Shown: positions 1 to 8,701, counted from the first letter of the stretch. The stretch: DNA of 36,395 bases from an uncultured Candidatus Saccharibacteria bacterium (GCA_964553695.1 CAZKLR010000001.1:1-36395); one strand, 5' to 3'. Notes: generated by a model from the letters alone, not told the origin. Translations and numbers: made by a program.

Positions 1-137
1 AGCAAGACGAACTTATTAAATCGGTTTTGGGTGAAGATTTATTTAAACGCTATTATGATATAAAGATGGCGGAATGGGACGAATTTAGAATTCACGTTAC
101 GGATTGGGAAAAGGAAAGATATATGGAAGTGTATTAA
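1..137 (+). CDS. glnA: glutamine synthetase, C-terminal fragment (5' part outside window)
   Basis: Frame 3 reads QDELIKSVLGEDLFKRYYDIKMAEWDEFRIHVTDWEKERYMEVY*, with TAA at 135-137. This matches the conserved C-terminal tail of type I glutamine synthetases (..EWDxYR..V..WE.ERY..). Confidence 0.6.
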   Translation, partial: QDELIKSVLGEDLFKRYYDIKMAEWDEFRIHVTDWEKERYMEVY

Positions 138-143
138 AATAAA

Positions 144-176
144 ATGTAAAACGCCTTTATGAGGCGTTTTACATTT
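144..176 (+). terminator. rho-independent terminator after glnA
   Basis: Perfect 12-bp hairpin ATGTAAAACGCC (144-155) / GGCGTTTTACAT (163-174) with a 7-nt loop. The T-run lies in and after the 3' arm. Confidence 0.6.
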
Positions 177-318
177 AAATAAAAAATTTTTCTGTATAAC
201 TTCAACACTGCCTTTATGGTTTTACAAAAGTGTTGTATAATATTGAAATATGAATAAGTAAATCCTTGCTAGAAATATTTTATATTAAATAGGGTTATTT
301 TGGATATTCTACTAAATT

Positions 319-1770
319 ATGGAAAATCAAATACAAGATAATTTTCGAGATATTGCTCAAGATGAATTTGACGAAATTATAAAAAATTCAGAAGGGGATT
401 TCTCTGATTTTAAGTCTATTCTCTTTGCGCAATCGGAGGTATCTGTAAAAAAGGTGGAACATCTTATTGTTGCTTTGGCAAATAGTAATGGTGGAAATGT
501 ATATCTCGGAATAACTGATGATGGTCATCCAGATGGATATTCCTCAATAGAAAATTATAACGATATTATCACTGCTATTTTTTATGGAATTTCACCAGCA
601 ATTTCTTCTTTAAAAAAATATTTTTTGAAATTTAAGAATAAATTTATATTATTAATCGAAGTTCCAAGAAGTTCAGTTGCCCACAAGGCCGCCGACGGTA
701 ACTATTATGAAAGAAATGGATCATCTACTCATAGAGTTGCTGATGCTGAAAATATTATGCGGTTATATAGAAGGAAGGGTATAAGGAGCTTTGAAGAAGA
801 GACGAAAGAAGTTGAATTAGGTTTAATTACTAAAAGCGATTATATAAATAAATTTTTACGAAAGATAAAAATGACAGATGATGCGGAATCTTTTTTGAGA
901 AGAAATAATTTTATTTATGATAATAAACCTAGAATTTCTTCTATAGTCTGCTTTTGCGATGAACCACAATCTATTACAAAATGCGGAGTAAGAATTTTTA
1001 GATATGAATTTCAGAAATCTTCTAGACAATATGAATATAACAGGGAGAGAGTGAGTGATGATGACTTTTATATAACAGGCCCTCTTGAACTATTAATAAG
1101 AGATTCAATAGCTAAAATTCAACTTATTCTGTCAGGAATGGGGGTAGGATATCCAGTCTTAGCAGTGCAGGAGGCTTTAGTCAATGCAGTTCTGCATAGA
1201 GATTATTTTATACAGGATGAAATCCATGTTAAAATTTATGATAATCAACTAGAAATAATTAGCCCGGGAGGGTTTCCGGAGGGAATTACTGAAAAGAATA
1301 TTTTAAAAGCTCCTAGAATAGCAAGGAATCCTCAAATATTGGGTTTATTATTTAAAATTTCATCAGAAGAAACAGATAGAAATCTACGATTAAGTCAGAA
1401 TGCAGGAGAGGGGGTTAAGACTATATTTAATGAAATGAAAAGAGCAAGTTTGGCAGATCCTATTTTTAAGGAGGTTGATATAGATGGTAATCAAAGAGTA
1501 ATTGTTGTTCTTAAGCATTCATCAGCAAAGAGTTATGAGAGAAAGATAATAGAATATCTCAAGGAGTTTGGAAGCATCTCTAATAGGGAAGCAAGAGAGA
1601 TTACTAGAGAAGAAGATAAAGAAAAGATAAAAAATATTTTTAAGAAGATGGAGAATCGTAAAACTATTGAAAAAGTGGACCCTAATGTTTCAAGGTCAAA
1701 AATAAGATACAGGCTGAAAGAACAAAACGCAGATAATGATTGGCAGACGTCTTTTAATTTTTATTATTAA
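319..1770 (+). CDS. AlbA_2 (Schlafen-like AAA-4) plus HATPase_c_4 domain protein, putative DNA-binding ATPase/regulator
   Basis: 483-aa ORF. The N-terminal segment (VKKVEHLIVALANSNGGNVYLGITDDGHPDG) resembles the AlbA_2 domain. The C-terminal half (QEALVNAVLHRDY..IHVKIYDNQLEIISPGGFPEGIT..ARNPQILGLLFK..GEGVKTIF) resembles the RecG-C-terminal-like HATPase_c_4 fold, followed by a wHTH-like tail. Motif recognition only. Confidence 0.65.
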   Translation: MENQIQDNFRDIAQDEFDEIIKNSEGDFSDFKSILFAQSEVSVKKVEHLIVALANSNGGNVYLGITDDGHPDGYSSIENYNDIITAIFYGISPAISSLKKYFLKFKNKFILLIEVPRSSVAHKAADGNYYERNGSSTHRVADAENIMRLYRRKGIRSFEEETKEVELGLITKSDYINKFLRKIKMTDDAESFLRRNNFIYDNKPRISSIVCFCDEPQSITKCGVRIFRYEFQKSSRQYEYNRERVSDDDFYITGPLELLIRDSIAKIQLILSGMGVGYPVLAVQEALVNAVLHRDYFIQDEIHVKIYDNQLEIISPGGFPEGITEKNILKAPRIARNPQILGLLFKISSEETDRNLRLSQNAGEGVKTIFNEMKRASLADPIFKEVDIDGNQRVIVVLKHSSAKSYERKIIEYLKEFGSISNREAREITREEDKEKIKNIFKKMENRKTIEKVDPNVSRSKIRYRLKEQNADNDWQTSFNFYY

Positions 1771-1773
1771 AAT

Positions 1774-1801
1774 TTGACTTTAAAAATTTTTGTTATATAC
1801 T
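1774..1801 (+). promoter_or_regulatory. sigma70-like promoter of the ATP-grasp operon
   Basis: TTGACT (1774-1779), 16-nt spacer, TATACT (1796-1801). This implies a leader of about 190 nt before ATG 1999. Confidence 0.4.
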
Positions 1802-1937
1802 TTATTTTACCAAGGTAGGGGTTTATTTTCTCCTCCAGGTAATGAAAAGTATGGACTTATCACTTACAATTGACGACGAGCCTCCAGATACTTGTTTTTG
1901 GAAGGAAATCAACAAATGTTTATATAAACTTCGAAAA

Positions 1938-1977
1938 GAAGACTGAATTTTTATTTAGCCTTCTTTTTTGTTTTTTT
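1938..1977 (+). terminator. terminator-like hairpin inside the 5' leader of the ATP-grasp operon
   Basis: GAAGACTGA (1938-1946) pairs with TTAGCCTTC (1955-1963): 8 pairs including one G-U wobble, plus 1 mismatch. It is followed by TTTTTTGTTTTTTT. The stop codon TGA (1944-1946) of a 34-codon upstream ORF (1842-1946) lies in the 5' arm. Confidence 0.4.
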
Positions 1978-1998
1978 AAGATATTTTTAAGTTATATT

Positions 1999-4479
1999 AT
2001 GAAAAAGACAACAAAAAAAGTTACAAAATTAAAAGAAAAGATTGCCAGCAGGGTATTTTCTCGAAATATAAAAATTGAAGGGAGAACGCTTCTTTTGGTT
2101 AATACCGGATCAATTCGCAAGCGCTTTGTTTTGCAAAGGCTGAAAAAGTTAGGAATCAAATTAGTGGTACTCAATTGCGAACGCAATTGGGCGGAGCCAT
2201 ATGTGGATGAATGGATAATCGCCGATACTTCGCGTCATGCCGAGGCTTTGCGGGCGGTACAGGCGTTTATAAATAATCATCCGGAACGTAAAATCGAGGG
2301 TGTGTTTACCTTCTATGAAGATGACGTATTACTGACTTCCAAGATTGTAGACAAATTTGGATTTATAGGAATTCCTTATGCCGTGGCATCAAACGCGCGC
2401 AACAAAGATCTTTTTCGGAATTTTTGCGAGGAGAATGATATTTTATCTCCTTGGCATCGGAGAATTGAGTCTAAAAAGGACTTGGATTTTGTCCGGGAAA
2501 ACTTTACCTTCCCTGTTGTTATTAAGCCGGCTTACGGTTCTTCAAGTGCCTTTGTAGTAAAAGTTGAAATACCGGAGAATTTGGATGAAGAATTTGAATA
2601 TGTTAAAACTTCACTTTCGGAAACTGTGGAATCGGCGCTGGCGGACGGAAGGCAGATTATGATAGAAGAATATATTGATGGAAGCGAGGTAGACGTTGAT
2701 GTGCTGGTGCAAAACGGGATCGTTAAATTTTATTCCATTTCTGACAATAGTGCGACCCGCGAACCATTTTTTATTGAAACCTATCGGTTGACGCCCTCTA
2801 ATTTGCCGGACGATGATCAAGAAAATATTATTGCAACGGTGGAAGAGGTGCTGGAAAAAATGGGAGTGCGTGATGGATGTATTCATTTTGAGGCCAAACT
2901 CACTAAGCGGGGTACAGTGCCGATTGAGGCAAATTTGCGGATGGGGGGAGATGAAATGTATTCAAGCGTGAAAAAGGTTTGGGGTGTGGATTTGATTGAA
3001 GGTGCGGTCAAGATTGCTTTGGGCATATATATTCCTAAACTAAAAATAGAAGAACCCAAACAGTGTATAATGGCTAAAACTTTTCTTGCGGATCATTCCG
3101 GAGTTATAGTGCAGCTGGACATAGATCCGGAGTTGGAAGAGAAAGAACATATTGAAGAAGTGAAATTCTTCAAGAAAGTTGGAGATACCGTAATGGCGCC
3201 TCCGGAAGGGTATGAATATTTGGGGTGGATGACAGTTTCGGGGGATAATTCGGCTGAAGCGCAGGATAATATGGAAGAAGCGGAGAAGCTTATAGAATAC
3301 GAAGTGGCAAGATTTCATTCCGCTTCGTCGATTGGAAAGACGTTGAGAAAAGACCATTGTTCTTCTTCGTTTTTTAAGACCGAAGCTGCAAAGAAACGTG
3401 AGAAGATAGAAAAAATACAAAAGATGTCAATAAAGGATCAGCGGAATTTGCACATTGGAATAGTCTGTAATCTTTATGACAAGGATGGAGATGCAACTTT
3501 GGAAAAAGAACTGACTGTGATAGGGGTTAATATTCAGAATGCTTTGAAAGAGCGGGGATACAAAGTTAGCTTTTTCGATTTTAACGACGTTGAAAAGGCG
3601 TTTAATGATTTGAAAAATAGTGACGTGGATTTGGTGTTCAATGTTTGCGAGAGAATCAATAATTCCAGTCTTTTGGAGCCGCATGTCGCTTCGCTCTTGG
3701 ATGTCCTGGAAATTCCATATACCGGCTCCAACCCTTTTACTTTAAGTCTTTGCATTGATAAAATTCGCGTGAAAAAGCTTTTGAGTTATCACAAGATTCC
3801 GACTCCGGAATGGGATTATGTTTATTCTATGGATGACAACGTCAGAGATGACCTTAAATATCCTTTAATTGTCAAACCTGCCAATACGGATAATTCCATC
3901 GGTATCACAAATAATTCTGTCGTAACCAATGAAGAGCAGCTCAAGAAACAGTTGGAGTATGTAGTTAAGGAAATGGGAAGGCCGGCGCTTATCGAAGAGT
4001 ATATCGAAGGTGACGAATACGATGTTTCGATTATAGGAAGCGAGGAGGAAGATTTGCGTGTTTTACCGCTTTCTCGTTCTGTGTTTGATAAAATGCCTGA
4101 AGGCTATTGGCACATTTATCCTTTTGAATCGAAATATGGAGAAGAGGAGGTTTATAAAAGATATATATCCGTGCAGAGACCGCCAAAGAACATAAGCAAA
4201 AAATTGGAAGCGGTTATAAGCGAGATTGCCTTGGATACTTATAACATTTTGGATTGCCACGATTATGGAAGGGTGGAAATTAGAGTGGATAAAAATGGAA
4301 ATCCTTATGTTTTGGAGCTTAACCCCAATCCTACCATCAATTTGACATCATGTGTGCCTTCAGTGGCCAAACTGACGGGAATGGATTATGGCGATTTCTT
4401 GGAGGAAATTATCAGAATGGCGATAAAACGTTATAAGAACCGGCCGCCTTACTATCATTTACAGGCTAATTTAATTTAA
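1999..4479 (+). CDS. fused double ATP-grasp ligase (N-terminal amino-acid-ligase-like ATP-grasp plus C-terminal D-Ala-D-Ala-ligase-like module)
   Basis: The ORF track starts at TTG 1870, but the first 43 codons look like leader sequence, so I place the start at ATG 1999 (MKKTTKK). First module motifs: FPVVIKPAYGSSSAFVVKV, IMIEEYIDGSEVDVDVLV, IHFEAKLT..PIEANLRMGG. Second module, from about nt 3448: LHIGIVCN, LEIPYTGSN, DKIRVKKLL, YPLIVKPANTDNSIGI, ALIEEYIEGDEYDVSIIG, YGRVEIRVDKNGNPYVLELNPNP. The second set is typical of the Ddl family. Confidence 0.75.
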   Translation: MKKTTKKVTKLKEKIASRVFSRNIKIEGRTLLLVNTGSIRKRFVLQRLKKLGIKLVVLNCERNWAEPYVDEWIIADTSRHAEALRAVQAFINNHPERKIEGVFTFYEDDVLLTSKIVDKFGFIGIPYAVASNARNKDLFRNFCEENDILSPWHRRIESKKDLDFVRENFTFPVVIKPAYGSSSAFVVKVEIPENLDEEFEYVKTSLSETVESALADGRQIMIEEYIDGSEVDVDVLVQNGIVKFYSISDNSATREPFFIETYRLTPSNLPDDDQENIIATVEEVLEKMGVRDGCIHFEAKLTKRGTVPIEANLRMGGDEMYSSVKKVWGVDLIEGAVKIALGIYIPKLKIEEPKQCIMAKTFLADHSGVIVQLDIDPELEEKEHIEEVKFFKKVGDTVMAPPEGYEYLGWMTVSGDNSAEAQDNMEEAEKLIEYEVARFHSASSIGKTLRKDHCSSSFFKTEAAKKREKIEKIQKMSIKDQRNLHIGIVCNLYDKDGDATLEKELTVIGVNIQNALKERGYKVSFFDFNDVEKAFNDLKNSDVDLVFNVCERINNSSLLEPHVASLLDVLEIPYTGSNPFTLSLCIDKIRVKKLLSYHKIPTPEWDYVYSMDDNVRDDLKYPLIVKPANTDNSIGITNNSVVTNEEQLKKQLEYVVKEMGRPALIEEYIEGDEYDVSIIGSEEEDLRVLPLSRSVFDKMPEGYWHIYPFESKYGEEEVYKRYISVQRPPKNISKKLEAVISEIALDTYNILDCHDYGRVEIRVDKNGNPYVLELNPNPTINLTSCVPSVAKLTGMDYGDFLEEIIRMAIKRYKNRPPYYHLQANLI

Positions 4480-4491
4480 TAAGTAAAATAT

Positions 4492-5376
4492 ATGTTTGCT
4501 ATCAGGGTCGTTACTGAATTGGAGGAGGCCCGCAAAGTTTGGAATCTTTTGAGTCCTAAACAGAATATTTATGAGGACTGGGATTTTCGTTTTGTGTTTT
4601 ACAAGTATTTTAATTATCCGCTGCGGTTTTATGTTGGAGAAGAAAATGGGGAAATAATCGGACTGCTTGCTTTGCAGGAAAATACCAATGTCGAATGTCT
4701 GGAGTTTTTTGGCGGAAGTTTTATGGAAGACAATCATACTTTGATAAAGTCTGGTTTTGAAAAATATATCCCGGAATTCTACGAAGCCATTAAAGAAAGA
4801 GCTAAATTGGAAGATATTATATACGATAACGAATTTGTTCCTATGGATTTTCTGGAAAACAAATATGTAATAGATCTAAGGGGATTGAATAACATCGAAG
4901 ATTATCTTAAAAAAACCTTTAGTTCAAAGACTCGTTCGAAATTGCGCAAAAAGATAAAACGAATAGAAGCTCTAAAATTTGTTGTTGTTGATAATCGATA
5001 TGCGGATATAGATGCTTTAATGCAATTTAATCGAAAAAATTTTGGTGTGGAATCATCTTTTAACAAGCCTCATCGTCAGCAGATTTATCATGATCTAGCG
5101 GGTAGTAGTTTTAAAGTAGTGATGATTTCGGCTGAAATTGACGAAAAATTAGAGGGTGTGTCTTTTGCAATCAAGTTCGAAAATACTTTTGTCAGTTTAA
5201 ATGCAGGCGTGAATAAAACGGATTTTGAAGATTTGGGGAATGTTATGTTGCTCAAGCGAATAGAGAAAGCAATTAATTTGGGTTGTAACGTTTATGATGC
5301 TGGATTAAACGATTTGGGGTGGAAAAAACAATGGCATCTAAAGCAAATTCCACAATATAAGTTCTACTATGAGTAA
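4492..5376 (+). CDS. GNAT-fold acyltransferase, FemAB/BioF2-like (Acetyltransf_6) family
   Basis: 294-aa ORF starting 12 nt after the ATP-grasp gene. The C-terminal part (GVSFAIKFENTFVSLNAGVN..LGNVMLLKRIEKAINLGCNVYDAGLNDLGWKKQW) resembles the FemAB-like/CelD-like GNAT domain, which ends in G..x.YK..W. Confidence 0.55.
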   Translation: MFAIRVVTELEEARKVWNLLSPKQNIYEDWDFRFVFYKYFNYPLRFYVGEENGEIIGLLALQENTNVECLEFFGGSFMEDNHTLIKSGFEKYIPEFYEAIKERAKLEDIIYDNEFVPMDFLENKYVIDLRGLNNIEDYLKKTFSSKTRSKLRKKIKRIEALKFVVVDNRYADIDALMQFNRKNFGVESSFNKPHRQQIYHDLAGSSFKVVMISAEIDEKLEGVSFAIKFENTFVSLNAGVNKTDFEDLGNVMLLKRIEKAINLGCNVYDAGLNDLGWKKQWHLKQIPQYKFYYE

Positions 5377-5422
5377 AAACTAATACGTTTTAAAAAGGAG
5401 GGCAGTGGGTATAAAAATGTAG

Positions 5423-5450
5423 TTGGCTTAATAAAGAATAATGTTATAAT
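5423..5450 (+). promoter_or_regulatory. sigma70-like promoter
   Basis: TTGGCT (5423-5428), 16-nt spacer, TATAAT (5445-5450), with a TGT extended -10 element. Confidence 0.4.
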
Positions 5451-5487
5451 AAATCTATAAGATAACATTTATAATTTTAAGTCAGAT

Positions 5488-6384
5488 ATGAGCGAACTTT
5501 TTATTTTGCCGTTTGATCATCGCGGTTCTTTTCAGGAAAAAATGTTTGGGATTCTGGGGGAACCAACAGCAGATGAGAGGGAAAAAATCAAATTCTTTAA
5601 GGAAATAATTTATAACGGATTTAAAATTGCAATCGAATCGGGGAAGGTTCCCAAGGAAGGCGGAGCTATTTTGGTAGACGAAGAATTTGGAGATAAAATT
5701 ATTCGAGATGCAAAGCAGAACGGCTATAAAGTTTCTATTTGTTGCGAAAAAAGCGGCCAGGAAGAGTTTGATTTTGAATTTGGGGAAAATTTCAAGGAGC
5801 ATATCGAGAAATATCGTCCGGAATATGTGAAGGCTTTGATAAGATATAATCCGGACGGAGATCAGGATTTAAATGAAAGGCAAACTGAGAAGTTGAAGGT
5901 TTTGACTGATTATTGTCATGAAAATGGCTATAAGCTTATGCTGGAGCCTTTAGTTCCGCCGACAGAAAGACAGTTAGAAATCCTCGAGGGCGATAAAGAA
6001 GCCTATGATCATGAAATGAGACCCCAATTAATGGAGTTGATGATTGAAGAACTTCAAGACGGAGGAGTCGAGCCGGATATTTGGAAAATAGAGGGGCTGG
6101 AAGAAGAAGATGACTATAAAATGCTAGTTGAACAAGTGCAAACGCAAGGAAGAAAATCTAATATTATTATTTTGGGCAGGCATGCCGAGGAGAATCAAGT
6201 TGAAAAATGGCTGAAAATTGGGGCGAAAGTGCCAGGAGTGGTCGGATTTGCTGTCGGCCGAACGATTTTTTGGGATGCGCTTTTGGAATATAAGTCGGGA
6301 AAAATTACAGCCGATGACGCAGCTAAGGCGATTGCGGAGAGATTTGAGCATTTTTATAAGGTTTTTAAAGAGGGAAACAACTAA
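5488..6384 (+). CDS. DUF2090 / LacD-like class I aldolase-fold (beta/alpha)8 protein
   Basis: 298-aa ORF. The N-terminus MSELFILPFDHRGSF and overall layout resemble the IolC C-terminal DUF2090 / 2-deoxy-5-keto-gluconate-6-P aldolase-like family. Confidence 0.55.
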   Translation: MSELFILPFDHRGSFQEKMFGILGEPTADEREKIKFFKEIIYNGFKIAIESGKVPKEGGAILVDEEFGDKIIRDAKQNGYKVSICCEKSGQEEFDFEFGENFKEHIEKYRPEYVKALIRYNPDGDQDLNERQTEKLKVLTDYCHENGYKLMLEPLVPPTERQLEILEGDKEAYDHEMRPQLMELMIEELQDGGVEPDIWKIEGLEEEDDYKMLVEQVQTQGRKSNIIILGRHAEENQVEKWLKIGAKVPGVVGFAVGRTIFWDALLEYKSGKITADDAAKAIAERFEHFYKVFKEGNN

Positions 6385-6502
6385 AAACATAGAAGTTTTT
6401 GCTAGACAATTTTAGTTTGTACGATATTCTTCTGTAATTTTTGTTCTTTAAAGAATTTTGATTTTTTCTTTTTCAATCTTTTTAGAAAGGAGGTGATTAA
6501 TT

Positions 6503-6994
6503 ATGAAACTTCCAATCCAAAAGACAGAACGCAGAAAGGAAACAATGGGTTCCGAAATAACTCCGTGGGAAGAGCCGCAAGCTCTTATGGAAAGATTTTT
6601 TCCAGAGAGCTGGCTTAGGCCGTGGTTCAAATGGGAAAAAGATTTTTATCGCGGTATGGAGAACTGGATGCCCAAGGTCGACATTGCTGAAACCGACAAG
6701 GAATTCCATATCAAAGCCGATGTTCCCGGGGTTAAGCCCGAGGATATTAAAGTGGAAATTTCCGGCGATAATCTTATTCTGCAGGGAAAGAGTGAAGAAG
6801 AAAAAGAGGAGAAAGGAAAAACCTGGCATAGGATAGAGAGAAAAAGCGGCAGTTTCTATCGAGAATTCGAACTTCCTCAAGGAGCGGACAAGGATCAAAT
6901 TGAAGCGATGGTGAAAAACGGAATATTGACGGTTAAATTAAAGAAAAAGCCCGAAGCGCAAAATAAACCGATTGAAGTAAAAGTTGAAGAATAG
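6503..6994 (+). CDS. small heat shock protein, Hsp20/alpha-crystallin family
   Basis: Alpha-crystallin domain: PKVDIAETDKEFHIKADVPGVKPEDIKVEISGDNLILQGK..WHRIERKSGSFYREFELPQGADKDQIEAMVKNGILTVKLKK. Strong SD GAAAGGAGGTGA (6485-6496) lies 6 nt before the ATG. Confidence 0.9.
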   Translation: MKLPIQKTERRKETMGSEITPWEEPQALMERFFPESWLRPWFKWEKDFYRGMENWMPKVDIAETDKEFHIKADVPGVKPEDIKVEISGDNLILQGKSEEEKEEKGKTWHRIERKSGSFYREFELPQGADKDQIEAMVKNGILTVKLKKKPEAQNKPIEVKVEE

Positions 6995-7004
6995 ATTTTG
7001 AAAA

Positions 7005-7034
7005 GCGTCCTGCCTGAAAAGGCGGGCGTTTTTA
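7005..7034 (+). terminator. rho-independent terminator after hsp20
   Basis: GC-rich hairpin GCGTCCTGCC / GGCGGGCGT with loop TGAAAA, followed by TTTTT. Confidence 0.65.
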
Positions 7035-7200
7035 TGATCAAAAAACTATCGGATATAGTCTACGGGTGAATGTTTGGAATTCGCAGGTATATAAATCTGC
7101 AAATAGATACTGCTGTGTATTTTATAATATATGTATTAGCCGATTTGTGTTATAATATTATAAAGCTTTTTGCTAATCTTTAATCCATTAAAATAAAAAC

Positions 7201-8583
7201 ATGGAAGGTGAAAAGGGAAATCAAATGCCGGAAGCGGCTTTAAGTCCTAAAGTTTCCACATCCCGCAGTTGGCGGCGTAAGGTTCTGTTTTCAGTTGGAG
7301 CTGCGGTGTTTCTGGCGCTGTTTATATTAGTTTTTTGTTCCTGGCAAAGTTTTATGTCCATACCTGATTTTAAGAAGGAAGATGGATCGATAATTTCCTC
7401 AAAAGTTAAAGTGACTTCTGTTGGTGAGAAAGCTTTTGGAAGTCTTGCGGAACTTACATCTTCTAAAGGTACGGAAGAGAGCGCGGATAGTAACGGCGCA
7501 TATGATACGGCAGCTAATAAAGCAGCTTCTTCGTCGGCGGTTCCGGCGGGACAAGGGGGCGGCAGTTCTACGGCAGTTGATATGGTTTATCCCTATGAGC
7601 CGACTTATTACAAATACATTTATAGGGGTGAAGAATTTACTCAAAATGAAGAGAGAATGGCTGTTCTCAGGCGTGTTACCAGCAATGCGAATATTTCCGG
7701 TTCAATGTTTGCAGATGCGCTTGATTTTGATCTGTTTAATATAAACAAAATAAATAAAGCCAAGACCTCTAATTTAAGCTTTTATGAAGATAGGGAATTT
7801 GGTTATCGCACGGAGATAGATCTTGTCCGCGAAACGGTTTCAATTTATAAGAATTGGGATAAGTGGCCGCAGGATTATCTTGAGCAGCTTACTTTAAATG
7901 ATCTTCAGGATGACGAAGAAATAATTGGCGCAGCTAATGCTTTTTTTGATGATTATCAAATTGACAAGAGCGCTTATGGCACTCCGGAGATAAATAAAAA
8001 TTTTTTAAACTATTATGCAACCGAGCAGCAGGAAGTTTTTATTCCTGAAGAAATATCGGTAATTTATCCGCTCGTAGTTGATGGTAAAAGTGTGTATGAA
8101 AGTTACGGTGAATTTAATGGATTAAGTGTCAACTATGATCTTCGCAACAATAAGGTTTCGTCCATATACAATCTGACGACTCATAACTATCAATCTTCGG
8201 CCTATGAGGCAGAGACTGATGTTTCAAAGATTCTGACACGAGCTCAAAATATAGATGGATTTATGCCGCTTAAAGATGATGTAAGTGTAACTTATAAAAC
8301 TATTGAATTAGAACTCGATACTCCGGTTATGGGTTATGAGATTTTGTGGAAGTACGAAGACAATCAAAATTTGGAATATTTGGTGCCGTGTTTGGTATTC
8401 CCCGTTAAAGAAAATTCCGAAGCACCGGCTTATATACGAAAGCGAGTAATTGTTCCGCTTATAAAAGATTTTTTGGATCAGAACAATGATATACCTGTCA
8501 GAATTATGAAAGAAGGTTCTGGGACTTCTAGCGTTTCTGGTTCTAGTACCGGTGTTGCAGTTGATGGAAATGCAAAAAATTAA
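7201..8583 (+). CDS. hypothetical membrane-anchored extracytoplasmic protein
   Basis: 460-aa ORF with one N-terminal TM segment (VLFSVGAAVFLALFILVFCSW), then a Ser/Ala-rich linker and a large domain with no motif I recognise. An alternative start is ATG 7225. Confidence 0.55.
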   Translation: MEGEKGNQMPEAALSPKVSTSRSWRRKVLFSVGAAVFLALFILVFCSWQSFMSIPDFKKEDGSIISSKVKVTSVGEKAFGSLAELTSSKGTEESADSNGAYDTAANKAASSSAVPAGQGGGSSTAVDMVYPYEPTYYKYIYRGEEFTQNEERMAVLRRVTSNANISGSMFADALDFDLFNINKINKAKTSNLSFYEDREFGYRTEIDLVRETVSIYKNWDKWPQDYLEQLTLNDLQDDEEIIGAANAFFDDYQIDKSAYGTPEINKNFLNYYATEQQEVFIPEEISVIYPLVVDGKSVYESYGEFNGLSVNYDLRNNKVSSIYNLTTHNYQSSAYEAETDVSKILTRAQNIDGFMPLKDDVSVTYKTIELELDTPVMGYEILWKYEDNQNLEYLVPCLVFPVKENSEAPAYIRKRVIVPLIKDFLDQNNDIPVRIMKEGSGTSSVSGSSTGVAVDGNAKN

Positions 8584-8663
8584 AGAAAAATATTGTTATG
8601 TGCATTGATTATGAGCTTTTTATTGTTTCAAACTGAGACAGCAAAAATATTATTAAGTTCGTC

Positions 8664-8696
8664 AAAAAACAGAAGATTATTCATCTTCTGTTTTTT
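8664..8696. terminator. bidirectional terminator between convergent genes
   Basis: AAAAAA, CAGAAGAT (8670-8677), loop TATTC, ATCTTCTG (8683-8690), TTTTTT. Confidence 0.7.
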
Positions 8697-8701
8697 CATG
8701 T

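Noticed and set aside
1870-1998. N-terminal 43-codon extension of the ATP-grasp ORF, starting from TTG 1870 in the ORF track.
   Set aside because: The extension is low-complexity and hydrophobic (..FLFSLLFCFFKIFLSYI). It spans the terminator-like T-run of the leader. ATG 1999 (MKKTTKK) is the more plausible start.
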